64,000 bases of DNA, from the NCBI GenBank assembly GCA_963422735.1, contig OY730476.1, positions 2,688,001 to 2,752,000 on the forward strand, in the 5' to 3' direction. Origin of the DNA: Candidatus Latescibacterota bacterium (GTDB taxonomy: Bacteria > Latescibacterota > UBA2968 > UBA8231). Below are positions 37,911 to 47,422 of the stretch, one piece after another (the stretch's first letter is position 1; each line of letters opens with the position of its first letter). Under the pieces are notes generated by a model, which saw nothing but the letters and a program-made list of their open reading frames with translations, was not told the origin of the DNA and did no database searches. The position numbers were made by a program, and so were the translations under genes.

Positions 37911-38657
37911 TCAACCCGGCGATTGGCTCAGCCCAGAAAGGTGCTTTTGCACGCTCTCCACCAGCACCGGGTCCCCGCTGTCTTGCAGCACTTCCTTCCA
38001 GTAGCGCACCGCTAAATCCACATCGTCTTGGGCGCGGGCGATTTCGCCCATGCGGAAGAGAGTGGTGTAATACCACTCGCCAACATCCGGGTACTCGCGC
38101 AGAACTTCCTCGTAAGCCATTTTGGCCGAGTCGAGATAGCCCTGCTTGTGGTATAGACGGGCACTTAGGTACTGCTTCTTGGCCAAGCGGGTCCGGCACT
38201 CGACAATGCGCTGGCGGGCCTGTTCGGCCATGGGCGAGTCAGGATGGTCCTCGATGAAGTTGCGGAAGGCCGTCAGGGCCTCAAAGGTTTCCTTCTGGTC
38301 GAGCTCCGGGCGGCGCAATTGCTTGAAGTACGACTCGCCTGTCTTGAACTCCGCCTCAACCGCCCACTCGCTAGACGGATAAATATCGACGATGCGCTGA
38401 TACTCAAAGGCTGCGTTGACCCAATCGCGATTGCAAAAGTACGCTTCGGCGAGAAGGAATTGCGCCTCGGCAACCCGGCGCGAGCCGGGAAAATTGCTGA
38501 CTAAGCGCTTGAAGTGCTCGGAGGCCTCTAGACAGCGGTTTTTCCCCATGGCCTTTTGGCCTTCTTCAAAGTAGTAATCTGCGCCTTGGAGTTTCTCGGG
38601 CGGCGTGCTGGCGCAGGCGACAACGCACAGGGCAAGCGGGAAAGCGAGGTGTTTCAT
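37911..38657 (-). CDS. bamD: Outer membrane protein assembly factor BamD
   Basis: Lipobox VVAC; TPR helices; ELDQKET, LAKK...ARLY pattern of BamD/YfiO. Confidence 0.88.
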   Translation of the reverse strand: MKHLAFPLALCVVACASTPPEKLQGADYYFEEGQKAMGKNRCLEASEHFKRLVSNFPGSRRVAEAQFLLAEAYFCNRDWVNAAFEYQRIVDIYPSSEWAVEAEFKTGESYFKQLRRPELDQKETFEALTAFRNFIEDHPDSPMAEQARQRIVECRTRLAKKQYLSARLYHKQGYLDSAKMAYEEVLREYPDVGEWYYTTLFRMGEIARAQDDVDLAVRYWKEVLQDSGDPVLVESVQKHLSGLSQSPG

Positions 38658-38659
38658 AG

Positions 38660-39283
38660 CTAGCGATTAGAAAAGAACAAATAGATAAGCCCACCGAGCA
38701 CGGTGGATACAATCACAGGTTCGACGAACTTGCTCCACGTTTGTTCCTCTAATTCGGTCTTGGCGAATTTGAACTGGTCGTGCTGGAGTATTTCTAGCTG
38801 CTTTTTGGGGATCCGATCGCGCTGCATGCGGGTGATTTCGTCCTGCCAATGAACCACGTCGTCGCGCTCGTCGCTCAAGCGCAGGGCGAGCGTTACCCGG
38901 CCCTGGCGGCTGACCTCGCTGCCGCGCAGTCCCGAGTGCCCTAAGACGCCGAGGTCGAGCACCCGATAGGACAGGCGCATACTCGTTGGTTGGGCCGCGG
39001 TCGAATCCAAGGTCACTCTAAAGCCGCGCGTCAGCAGCCGGTTGGTCAGCAGGTGCTCGACCATCCAATTGGCGTCGTGCTTGCTCTGCGCCACGACCAA
39101 AAAGGGGGCCATCGCAGCGTTGGCTGGCATCTCAATGCGCGCCAAACTCTCATCGACCGCACTCGCCACGGTCTCGACCAACAGGTCCATATTAGTGGGA
39201 AAAGGAGCAGCAACCGACGCGGTGGCACAGACCATCAGCGCGGCCAAAAGGCGATAATAGACTCGGAGCAAGATCGTTCGCAT
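38660..39283 (-). CDS. Hypothetical protein with signal peptide and C-terminal membrane anchor
   Basis: TAATG coupling; ends WSKFVEPVIVSTVLGGLIYLFFSNR. Confidence 0.75.
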   Translation of the reverse strand: MRTILLRVYYRLLAALMVCATASVAAPFPTNMDLLVETVASAVDESLARIEMPANAAMAPFLVVAQSKHDANWMVEHLLTNRLLTRGFRVTLDSTAAQPTSMRLSYRVLDLGVLGHSGLRGSEVSRQGRVTLALRLSDERDDVVHWQDEITRMQRDRIPKKQLEILQHDQFKFAKTELEEQTWSKFVEPVIVSTVLGGLIYLFFSNR

Positions 39284-40017
39284 TAATCGCCTAGTTGCTT
39301 TATCTGTTCGCGAACAGTGGGCACGTATTCGCTGTCTGGATATTCGTTGAGCAGCTTGCGCAAGGCATCAAGCACCCGGTCGCGCTCGCCCAGGGCGAGG
39401 TGGCAGCGGGCGATTTTTAGCTGGGCGTCGTCGGCCTTACCCGTGTTGCTGAAGGCAAACACCTTGGTGAATTCGATGAGCGCCTGCTGGTATTTGTGCA
39501 GCCCGTAATAGCACTCGCCCTTCCAGTACTGGGCGTTGTCGGACCATTCGCTCATGGGTGCTTCCTGCAGCAAGCGGTCAAACTCCACCAAGGCGCGGTC
39601 GTATTGTTCGTGGCGATAGTAGTAGAGCGCACCTTGGTACATGTTGAACGCATCGCTTTTGCCGACATCAGCCCTCGTATCGGCCCGTGTATCGCGGCGG
39701 CTGGTGTTGGCGGCGGCGCGCGGCATCGCACGGCGAGGCAAAGAATCCAGCCGCGCACTTAGGACGCGGCTCTGGCTTTGGAGAACCCTGAGTGCCTGCC
39801 GCAACTGGGCGTTAGATTCCTCTAGCTGGCGCATGCGCTCGGCCGTGGCCTGCTCGCGCTCGTACGCGGCCGCAACAGCGCGTTCGAGGGCCTGGAGAGC
39901 TTCGACTTCCTCTTGCTGGGCTTCTTCCCACTGGACGAGGGGTTGTTCGACTTGCGGTGGCGCAGCGCAAGACCCAAGACCCAAGGCCAACGCCAACGCG
40001 CTTTTCGCGCTTTTCAT
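39283..40017 (-). CDS. CpoB/YbgF-like coiled-coil + TPR lipoprotein
   Basis: Lipobox-like GLGSC, coiled coil, SDNAQYWKGECYY, KADDAQLK, YPDS motifs. Confidence 0.85.
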   Translation of the reverse strand: MKSAKSALALALGLGSCAAPPQVEQPLVQWEEAQQEEVEALQALERAVAAAYEREQATAERMRQLEESNAQLRQALRVLQSQSRVLSARLDSLPRRAMPRAAANTSRRDTRADTRADVGKSDAFNMYQGALYYYRHEQYDRALVEFDRLLQEAPMSEWSDNAQYWKGECYYGLHKYQQALIEFTKVFAFSNTGKADDAQLKIARCHLALGERDRVLDALRKLLNEYPDSEYVPTVREQIKQLGD

Positions 40018-40102
40018 CACATTTTTAATCGGAAGCACAAATGAACCATCTTCGACGAATATAGCACAATCCCCCTCCCAAACCAAATATGCACAAGGGG
40101 CG

Positions 40103-40624
40103 TCACGCGCAGGGCAGTGCCTTGATGCGCTCGACTAATTGGGTGGTGGAAATGCCCGGCCACAGCGGCAAGGCGCGAACTTGGCCGCCGCACACTTCGA
40201 CGTGTTCGCGGCCGACGATGGCGGCTGGGGCGTAATCGCCACCCTTGACCAAGACATCGGGCGCGAGTGCGGCCACGAGATTCTCGACGCTTTCACCAGA
40301 GAAAATGCACACATGCGAAACGCATTCTAAGGCCGCGAGCACGGCGGCGCGGTCGCCTTGCGGGCAGAAGGGCCGGCCCCGTCCCTTGAGGGCGCGGACC
40401 CCGTCGTCATCGTTTAACCCCACTGCGAGGCAATCGCCCAAAGCGCGCGCCGCGCGCAGGTACTCGATGTGGCCGCGGTGCAGTAGGTCAAAGCATCCAT
40501 TGGTGAAGACGAAGGTTTGCCGCGCTTTTTTCAATTGGCTGCGGACGGCAAGCAACTGGTCGCACGTAATGATCTTGGCGGGACCGGCCAAGGCCGGCTG
40601 TGCGTCGGGCGACTGCATGGGCAA
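40103..40624 (-). CDS. rfaE2: D-glycero-beta-D-manno-heptose 1-phosphate adenylyltransferase (HldE domain II)
   Basis: VFTNGCFDLLHRGH, LKGRGRP, PDVLVKGGDY, STT. Confidence 0.92.
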   Translation of the reverse strand: MPMQSPDAQPALAGPAKIITCDQLLAVRSQLKKARQTFVFTNGCFDLLHRGHIEYLRAARALGDCLAVGLNDDDGVRALKGRGRPFCPQGDRAAVLAALECVSHVCIFSGESVENLVAALAPDVLVKGGDYAPAAIVGREHVEVCGGQVRALPLWPGISTTQLVERIKALPCA

Positions 40625-40630
40625 AGACGA

Positions 40631-40718
40631 AGTGATCAGTGGTTAGTGATCAGTGATCACTGATCAGCCCTCACACCGCCCCGGTGAGGATGGGTGGGGT
40701 GGACTAACCACTAACCAC
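40631..40718. repeat. Heptamer-repeat palindromic element, copy 2
   Basis: AGTGATC AGTGGTT AGTGATC AGTGATC ACTGATC, a spacer, then inverted ACTAACC ACTAACC AC; directly 3' of tRNA-His. Confidence 0.75.
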
Positions 40719-40725
40719 AATCAGA

Positions 40726-40802
40726 TGGGGTGGATGACGGGAATTGAACCCGCGCCCTCCAGGGCCACAACCTGGCGCTCTAACCAACTGAGCTACATCC
40801 AC
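40726..40802 (-). tRNA. tRNA-His (GTG)
   Basis: GTGGATGTAGCTCAGTTGGTTAGAGC...TT-GTG-GC...GGTTCAATTCC...CATCCACCCCA; encoded G-1 at 40803. Confidence 0.97.
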
Positions 40803-40812
40803 CATATGTCTG

Positions 40813-40886
40813 CGTGCCCAGTAGGACTCGAACCTACGACCGTCTGCTTAGAAGGCAGATGCTCTATCCAACTGAGCTATGGGCAC
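40813..40886 (-). tRNA. tRNA-Arg (TCT), CCA not encoded
   Basis: GTGCCCATAGCTCAGTTGGATAGAGC...CT-TCT-AA...GGTTCGAGTCC...TGGGCACG. Confidence 0.95.
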
Positions 40887-40958
40887 ATCGCCACGAACAG
40901 TTAAAAAGCGTTTAAAAACATTAGGGGCTATTGCGATCAAAGTCAACGCGCCCCGCGG

Positions 40959-42014
40959 CTAGGCCGGACCGCCGCTTTCATTGTTGACTGCTTGGACTAG
41001 TGCCCGCATATAGGCGATTGAGTACGCGACGCCGGCGCGGCTGCCCCCGATCATCTCGGGAATGTGGTCGGGGATGATGGCTCCGTCGAACTCGACGGCG
41101 CGCAGAGCCTGCATCACGCGGTGCATGTCCTGATAGCCGTCGTCCATCAAGGTTTCGGTCCACGGGTCGGGCATAGGGTTAGAGACGTTGCGGAAGTGAA
41201 TTTTGAAGAGCTTTTTGCGCGTACCAAAGTAGTGTATCGCCTCTTCGACCGACGCTCCCATGCCCTGCTTGCCCCCCTCCAGCCAGCAGCCGACGCACAG
41301 ACAGACGCCGATATTGGGACTGTCGGCGATGTCCATGGCCCGCTTGTACCCAGCGAAGTTGCCGAATATGCAGCGCGGAATCCCGCCTAGGGCATAGACC
41401 GGCGGGTCGTCGGGATGGATGCCGATATAGACCCCGGCTTCCTCGGCGACCAGAGCCACCTTGCGGATCATGTACTCGTAGTTCTCCCACAGCTCGTCTT
41501 CTGTGTAGGCGCGGCCGTGGGTCAAGTCGCCTGCAAAAATCTCGCGGCCCCAGCGACCTTTGGCGTTTTTGACGTCGAGGGTTCGCGCACTCATGCCGCC
41601 GCGGCGGGTGGTCCGGCCAGTGCTCCAGATGCCGTTACCCATGTGGGCATACGTGTGGTAGCGGATACCAGCGGCACCGAGGTCGTGGATGAACTGGATT
41701 AGCTCTGCGACTTTCTCGTCACGGCCGGGCAGGTTGAGCGTAATCTCCGGGACGTTGTGGACCGCGTGATTGGCGATGCGGTAGATCTGCAGGCCGTATT
41801 GGGCAAAGTGCGCCGCGAACTGCTTGTAGTATTCGACGCTGTGCAATACCGGGTCATCAATCCCGAGCATGACCCACTCGACGCCGAGTTGTTGGAAGAA
41901 TTGCAGGTCCTCGTCGCTGGCCTTGTGCGAGGTCTGGACGGCGAGTTGGATCCCCGGCTCGCTGGCGTACAAGCCGGGAACAGCGTGCAGCGCGTAGGGT
42001 CTGTTGGCGGTCAT
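40959..42014 (-). CDS. uxuA: Mannonate dehydratase family protein
   Basis: LWENYEY, IGIHPDDPP, KIHFRNV, IIPDHIP, YSIAYMRAL; divergent N-terminal half. Confidence 0.8.
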   Translation of the reverse strand: MTANRPYALHAVPGLYASEPGIQLAVQTSHKASDEDLQFFQQLGVEWVMLGIDDPVLHSVEYYKQFAAHFAQYGLQIYRIANHAVHNVPEITLNLPGRDEKVAELIQFIHDLGAAGIRYHTYAHMGNGIWSTGRTTRRGGMSARTLDVKNAKGRWGREIFAGDLTHGRAYTEDELWENYEYMIRKVALVAEEAGVYIGIHPDDPPVYALGGIPRCIFGNFAGYKRAMDIADSPNIGVCLCVGCWLEGGKQGMGASVEEAIHYFGTRKKLFKIHFRNVSNPMPDPWTETLMDDGYQDMHRVMQALRAVEFDGAIIPDHIPEMIGGSRAGVAYSIAYMRALVQAVNNESGGPA

Positions 42015-42796
42015 GGAGTGCCTTCCTTTATAAGTTCTGAGACCGGCCGCGACGTTTCCCAGCGCAGGACAATCTCTTGGTCAACGCCGCAGAGCCAGTT
42101 CCAAGTGCGGATGCGCCGCACCCGGTCGCGGTAGGATTCGACTTCGGTTGCGTAGGGCAGACGCGGGCGATCGCGGTAGGCGGGAATCTCCGTATCACAG
42201 AGCCAGTCCCGCTGTGGTGCGGCCGTGCGGTGGTAGGAGAACTTGATCATGCTGCGGGCGCGGTCGTTGGTCTTAGGGCCGGCCTTGTGCCAGATGCCAT
42301 AGCGGGTCAGCACCACGGTGCCGGCCGGCACTGTCAGCGAGACTTGGCCGCAGATATCGCCGTAGTGGGCGATGGCCTCGCGATCGACGGCGCGGCAATG
42401 CGAGCCGGGTAGAACCATAGTCGGCCCGTCGGCGAGCGCGACGCTGTGGGGATAGTAGTAGCACTGGAGTTCGACGACGTCGTAGCTACTACCCGAAAGC
42501 CCGTCCGAATGCCAAGTCTGGCCGAGGTGCGGCTCCTTGAAAAAGTGGTGGTGGCCGCCTCGGGGCACCAAGAAATCCTCGCCCAAAAGCGAGCGAGCGA
42601 CCCCGGCGACTTGGGGATGCAGGAGCACTTGGTGGGTGAAATCGTCCGCGGCGATGAAGGCGTCGCAGTTGCCGGGGGCAAGGTCGTCGCAGCAGCGATT
42701 GAAGCTCTCGTCAATGACGCTTTCGAGGACGACCAAGCCAGAGGAGACAAAGTCCATGACGCCGTCGTCGTCAAGCGTCGGTCTAATTGGGGACAT
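42011..42796 (-). CDS. Phytanoyl-CoA dioxygenase (PhyH) family protein
   Basis: QTWHSD, YYPH...DGPTMVLPGSH, AGTV...IWH...R: HxD...H facial triad. Confidence 0.85.
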   Translation of the reverse strand: MSPIRPTLDDDGVMDFVSSGLVVLESVIDESFNRCCDDLAPGNCDAFIAADDFTHQVLLHPQVAGVARSLLGEDFLVPRGGHHHFFKEPHLGQTWHSDGLSGSSYDVVELQCYYYPHSVALADGPTMVLPGSHCRAVDREAIAHYGDICGQVSLTVPAGTVVLTRYGIWHKAGPKTNDRARSMIKFSYHRTAAPQRDWLCDTEIPAYRDRPRLPYATEVESYRDRVRRIRTWNWLCGVDQEIVLRWETSRPVSELIKEGTP

Positions 42797-42804
42797 AGTT
42801 CCTC

Positions 42805-43164
42805 CTAAACGAATTTTTCGAGCACGAACTCATAGCCGAGATAGTCGTTGTCCTGGCCCTCGTATGTGTAGAGCTTGGCGATGGGAAACTGCACCACGCG
42901 CCAGCCATCGGCCACGGCCGCAAGCACCGATTCATAGAGAGGTTCGGCGCTGGGCAGGGCCGGCGCTTGCGGCTGGGTGGCGTCGTACAAGGCCCAGCTA
43001 GCTAGCGGCGAGCGCATATTGGTTGATTTGGCGTAGAGGTAGAGTACCTGCTGGCGAGGCTCGGCGAGCAAGGCACTAAGGCGGTCGAGATCCGCGGCGG
43101 TAATCGCCTCGGTGTGGAGCTTGTCTCGGCACTGTGCCAACCAGTCTTTTACAGCTTCGTGCAT
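42805..43164 (-). CDS. Hypothetical protein
   Basis: GGGAG RBS before ATG 43164; followed by AGGAGG RBS of the PhyH gene; YESVLAAVADGWRVVQFP...YEFVLEK. Confidence 0.7.
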   Translation of the reverse strand: MHEAVKDWLAQCRDKLHTEAITAADLDRLSALLAEPRQQVLYLYAKSTNMRSPLASWALYDATQPQAPALPSAEPLYESVLAAVADGWRVVQFPIAKLYTYEGQDNDYLGYEFVLEKFV

Positions 43165-43235
43165 ATAGGCTCCCGATGGCGTCGGCAAGATAAGGAAGCG
43201 CTCTCATTCAGCGCGGTCAACAAGCGGCGGCGCGT

Positions 43236-44258
43236 CTAGTAGTCAACGACTACTTTGACGGTTTGGGGCTGGAGTGCTGCGTCAAAACCGGCGACCAAGT
43301 CGGGAAAGGCGACGCACTGCGAGACGAGGGGGACCACGTCTAGCTGCTGCCTCGCCAACAGATCGAGAGCTTGGGAAAATACGTGGGCAAAGCGGAAGGA
43401 ACCGCGGACGGTCAATTCCTTTTGCATGACCAAGTTGACCGGCAGTTCAATCGGGCCGCCCTGGACGCCTAACTGCACGATGGTACCACCGGCCTTGCAG
43501 TGCGCGTACGCGGCTTGCAGGGCAGCCGGGGCACCGGAGGCTTCCACGACCACATCGAAGCCTGCCCCCGCTACCCGCGCTATGACCGCTGGGTCGTCGG
43601 CGCACACGGGCTGATCGGCCCACATCAAAGCCGCCAAATCGAGCGCACTTTGGCGAATATCGCTGACGGCGAGATGGGCCGCTCCGTAGCACCGGGCGAC
43701 CAAGCCGACGAGCTGGCCGATGGGACCAGCACCCGTCACCAGTACGCGCCTGCCAGCGATGCCCCCCGCTTGGCCGACGCCGTGGACGGCGATGGATAGC
43801 GGCTCGAGTAGGGCCGCTTGGCGATAGTCCATCGCAGCGGGAAGCGGATGGCAGTTGTGAGCATGGACTTGCACGTATTCGCGAAACGAGCCGTCTTGGG
43901 GCGGGCTACAGGCAGCGGAACCAAAGTAGCGCATCTGCGGGCAGAGGTTGTAGCGGCCTTGGCGGCAGTGGGTGCAAGTGCGGCAGGGGTGGGAAGGGTC
44001 AATGGCCACTCGGCTACCCGCTGGCAGCACATCTGCGAACGCGCCCGCATCGACGACTTCCCCGGCCGATTCGTGCCCGAGAACGAAAGGGCACTCCGGG
44101 ACGAAGTCGCCGTTTCTGCCGTGTACGTAGTAATGGAGGTCCGAACCGCAGATGCCAGTGGCGCGGATTTGCACCAAGACCTCGTCCGAGGCGATCTGCG
44201 GTCGGTCAATTTCCGCGGCTCGCAGATCGCGAGCGCCGTGTAGGTAGAAGGCTCGCAT
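43236..44258 (-). CDS. Zn-dependent polyol dehydrogenase (L-idonate 5-dehydrogenase-like)
   Basis: GICGSDLHYY, LGHE, CxxCxxC...C, MRYFGSA, GAGPIG, GSFRF. Confidence 0.9.
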   Translation of the reverse strand: MRAFYLHGARDLRAAEIDRPQIASDEVLVQIRATGICGSDLHYYVHGRNGDFVPECPFVLGHESAGEVVDAGAFADVLPAGSRVAIDPSHPCRTCTHCRQGRYNLCPQMRYFGSAACSPPQDGSFREYVQVHAHNCHPLPAAMDYRQAALLEPLSIAVHGVGQAGGIAGRRVLVTGAGPIGQLVGLVARCYGAAHLAVSDIRQSALDLAALMWADQPVCADDPAVIARVAGAGFDVVVEASGAPAALQAAYAHCKAGGTIVQLGVQGGPIELPVNLVMQKELTVRGSFRFAHVFSQALDLLARQQLDVVPLVSQCVAFPDLVAGFDAALQPQTVKVVVDY

Positions 44259-44292
44259 GAAGCGGATAGTAGCGGCCAAGGTGAGGGAGCCA

Positions 44293-44380
44293 TGGTGCCG
44301 AGGGCCGGACTCGAACCGGCACGTCCTAAGCGGACAGTGGATTTTAAGTCCACCGCGTCTACCAATTCCGCCACCCCGGC
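44293..44380 (-). tRNA. tRNA-Leu (TAA)
   Basis: GCCGGGGTGGCGGAATTGGTAGACGC...CT-TAA-AA, long variable arm, GGTTCGAGTCC...CACCA. Confidence 0.97.
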
Positions 44381-44395
44381 GCACAGACAAAAAAA

Positions 44396-44469
44396 TGGAG
44401 GCGACGCCCGGACTCGAACCGGGGATAAGGGCTTTGCAGGCCCCTGCCTTACCACTTGGCCACGTCGCC
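44396..44469 (-). tRNA. tRNA-Cys (GCA)
   Basis: GGCGACGTGGCCAAGTGGTAAGGC...CT-GCA-AA...GGTTCGAGTCC...GCCTCCA. Confidence 0.97.
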
Positions 44470-44652
44470 TCAAAACAGGGGTTTGAAAGTACGGGGCGGG
44501 CAGGCTCCTGTCAACCTGCCTGCCGCTCGCTTGCGCTATGTGTTCCCGAGCCAAAAATAGGTTACACCTCGTCCACGGCACGGTCAAAACCGACCGCACA
44601 AACGCCTTTGACATGATGCACAAAGCCTATAAACTAAAAGAGAGCTTTCACA

Positions 44653-45444
44653 ATGCGACAATACCTCGACCTAGTAAGCCATTGCCTCAACCACGGCGCG
44701 GCCAAAGCCGATCGCACGGGCGTTGGCACCCTCGCCATCTTCGGCTATCAGATGCGCTTTGATCTCGCGGCCGGGTTCCCCTGCCTGACCACCAAGAAGC
44801 TGCATCTGCGCTCCATCATCCACGAACTCTTGTGGTTCCTCAAAGGCGACACCAACACCGCCTATTTGGAAAAAGAAAACGTCAGTATCTGGGACGAATG
44901 GGCCGACGAAAACGGTGACCTCGGCCCCATCTACGGCAAGCAGTGGCGCAACTGGAAAACTCCGGACGGCCCCATCGACCAAGTTCAACGCGCCATTGAT
45001 CTCATTAAGACCGACTCCGATTCGCGCCGCATCCTCGTTAGCGCGTGGAACGTCAGCGAGTTGGAGCAAATGGCCCTCATGCCCTGTCACTGCCTGTTCC
45101 AGTTTTTCGTCGCTCGCGGTCGGCTTTCCTGCCAGCTCTATCAACGCTCTTGCGACGTGGGGCTTGGCGTGCCATTCAATATCGCCAGTTATAGCTTGCT
45201 GACCATGATGATGGCCCAAGTATGCGGCTTGCAGCCCGGGGAATTCGTCTGGACCGGCGGCGATGTCCACATCTATCAGAACCATGTCGCCGCGCTGCGA
45301 CAACAACTCACCCGCACCCCCCGGTCACAGCCGGTGATGACCATTAAAAATCGCGGCCAGTCGATTTCCGACTTCTGCTACGACGACTTCAAACTGCTCA
45401 ACTACCATCCCCATCCCTCTATCTCTATGGAAATCGCCGTCTGA
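44653..45444 (+). CDS. thyA: Thymidylate synthase
   Basis: [42 protein letters not shown]. Confidence 0.98.
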   Translation: MRQYLDLVSHCLNHGAAKADRTGVGTLAIFGYQMRFDLAAGFPCLTTKKLHLRSIIHELLWFLKGDTNTAYLEKENVSIWDEWADENGDLGPIYGKQWRNWKTPDGPIDQVQRAIDLIKTDSDSRRILVSAWNVSELEQMALMPCHCLFQFFVARGRLSCQLYQRSCDVGLGVPFNIASYSLLTMMMAQVCGLQPGEFVWTGGDVHIYQNHVAALRQQLTRTPRSQPVMTIKNRGQSISDFCYDDFKLLNYHPHPSISMEIAV

Positions 45445-45512
45445 CGGGCCTATTGCACCGACCGTGTCGTGCCTGTTGGGCACGGTGAAGCGGTCGATGG
45501 ATACTACTGTTC

Positions 45513-45869
45513 TCAGTCTTGGTTCAAGATCTCCACTTGCGAATGGGCAGCATCTATGGTCCAAGCCCCAATCTGTCCGTCTCCATCCAAGTCGGCCCGC
45601 ACCACTAACCAGAATCCCTCGGTGACGGGCCAGAACTCCCAAGCGTAGCCCTCTACTCGCCACCAAGCGCGCCGCACCTTCTCGTCATTCGGATCAAAGT
45701 AGCGACCGTGCTTGGCAAAATAGGCCTTTTCGACCAAGTAGAGTTGCTCTAACCGAGCCTCCACTTGGATCAAGCGCAGCTCATCAGGGGTCAAGTGAGA
45801 AAAATGCACAACCCCTAGCCCTATGAGCACCAAGACCAAAAGCGCCGACTCGATTAGTCTCAGCGACAT
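45513..45869 (-). CDS. Small pilin-like membrane-anchored hypothetical protein
   Basis: N-terminal hydrophobic helix, LEQLYLVEKAYFAKHGRY helix, ADLDGDG...WTID. Confidence 0.6.
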   Translation of the reverse strand: MSLRLIESALLVLVLIGLGVVHFSHLTPDELRLIQVEARLEQLYLVEKAYFAKHGRYFDPNDEKVRRAWWRVEGYAWEFWPVTEGFWLVVRADLDGDGQIGAWTIDAAHSQVEILNQD

Positions 45870-47422
45870 GGGATAACTACCTCCTCGACGATCTGGCCCG
45901 CGTCTAAGTCAATCGGCTCGCTATAGCGTCCATAAGGTTCAGAATAGCGAAAGGGGTTGAGCGAGCCGCTGCCGTACTCTCCGTCGCCGTCGCGATCTAC
46001 AAACGCCCACAGCGAATAGGTGCCGGCCAGCAGGCCGGCCAGTGCAAACTGCCCCTCTTCGTCGGCCCACTCGGTGTACGTCCGCCCATCCTCGTTGATG
46101 GCCGCGACTCGGACGCGACCCATTTCCCCGGCCTGCACCTGCCCCCGAATTGCCGCGGTCTCCGCGCCGACTGTAAACGAGAGCGCGAGCAAGCTGTCGG
46201 CGAGACCATTGCCGGCCCGGTCCGCGAGCCGAGCGGCTGGCCCCTCGAGCCGATACGCACCTGGTACCAGTGGTTCGGCGGGCGCAAAGCGGGCGCAGTT
46301 GGGCGCTGGCCACAGCCAATCCCCGGCTAATGATTGCGTCGAATCGCTCTCCATCCAAAACCCTTCCAACGCGGCCGGCTCTATAGCTTCAGAAAAAAGC
46401 AAGTCCAGAGCGTCGCTCGGGGCCAGTCGATTCCTAGCCAGCGCGACGAAAGAGGGCGGCTTGCGGTCGAGTCGCGTACTACCGCGAACGGGCGCGTCCC
46501 ACTGCACGGGCGTTCCGGAGATCGCAAGCTGTACGGTATAGCCTCGACCCGGCTCTTGTGCTGCCGTTTCGACGTAAATTTTCTCCTTCGCATCAGGAGC
46601 CGCGTACAGCAACTCCACCGCCAGCCCGGGGACTTCCAGATCTAAATTTTGTGGATCCACGGGCGCGGCAAACAGCAACATCAGCCGCTCGGAGTGTATG
46701 GCTTGGACCCGCTTGAGCACGGGCGCGGGCATCTGCCGACGCACGAGAGCCAAATTGCCAGCCAGCACCTCTTCCTCCCCCACTTCCACAGGAGACGCCG
46801 GCAGGGCCAGCCACTCGTCGGCATCTGGCAGGGCGTTGCGGTTTTTGTCCCTAAAGGCCAACACCCGATAGTGGCTTGGAGCGAGGCGGGCAAACTCGTA
46901 GCCTCCGTCGGCACCGCTCTGAGTTTGATAGGACGGTTCGTCGAATCCTACCTCCCCGCTAAAGGTTCCTAAGTCATAAGCCCAAACATGGGCACCGGCT
47001 ACGGGTTGATGTTCTTGGTACACTCGGCCCCGCACCAAACCCTGGTCGATCTGCGAGCCGGTGGCAAAAGCCAAAGTAAAAGAATTCGCCAAGACATTGC
47101 CCCGCAAATCCCGCGCCCCGGTCCCCACCGTCAGCACATAGGTCCGCTCTTCGGCCAAGGGCATGGTAATGCGCAGCCGCGGGCCGCGCCACGAAAGTTG
47201 CAGCGGCCCGGTCGGCGACGTGAAAATAGCGGCTTCGGTCTGCTCGCGGCTCATGGGTTCGCTGAAGACGATCTCCACTTCGGTATCCCGCGCCACTTCC
47301 AAGGCGTCGCTCTCCGGGTAGTGAGACAGAATACGGGGAGGCTCCTTGTCCACCGGCCCTCCGGTGGGCGGCCCGACTTGGGCGCAGCCCAGCAACAGCG
47401 AAACCAAGACGCTAATCCGCAC
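45860..47422 (-). CDS. Ig-like (Big_5) domain lipoprotein
   Basis: LLGCAQVGPPTGGPVDKEPP, FSEPM, FATGSQID, AFRDKNRN, AFVDRDGDG...SEP. Confidence 0.85.
   Translation of the reverse strand: MRISVLVSLLLGCAQVGPPTGGPVDKEPPRILSHYPESDALEVARDTEVEIVFSEPMSREQTEAAIFTSPTGPLQLSWRGPRLRITMPLAEERTYVLTVGTGARDLRGNVLANSFTLAFATGSQIDQGLVRGRVYQEHQPVAGAHVWAYDLGTFSGEVGFDEPSYQTQSGADGGYEFARLAPSHYRVLAFRDKNRNALPDADEWLALPASPVEVGEEEVLAGNLALVRRQMPAPVLKRVQAIHSERLMLLFAAPVDPQNLDLEVPGLAVELLYAAPDAKEKIYVETAAQEPGRGYTVQLAISGTPVQWDAPVRGSTRLDRKPPSFVALARNRLAPSDALDLLFSEAIEPAALEGFWMESDSTQSLAGDWLWPAPNCARFAPAEPLVPGAYRLEGPAARLADRAGNGLADSLLALSFTVGAETAAIRGQVQAGEMGRVRVAAINEDGRTYTEWADEEGQFALAGLLAGTYSLWAFVDRDGDGEYGSGSLNPFRYSEPYGRYSEPIDLDAGQIVEEVVIPCR

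Noticed and set aside
37909-38199. N-terminal extension of nadD in the ORF track
   Set aside because: It overlaps bamD in another frame; family similarity starts at MRRIG.
40653-40904. 83 aa plus-strand ORF
   Set aside because: It is the antisense reading of a repeat and two tRNA genes.
44259-44390. N-terminal extension of the Zn dehydrogenase ORF
   Set aside because: The extension runs through tRNA-Leu; the real start is ATG at 44258.
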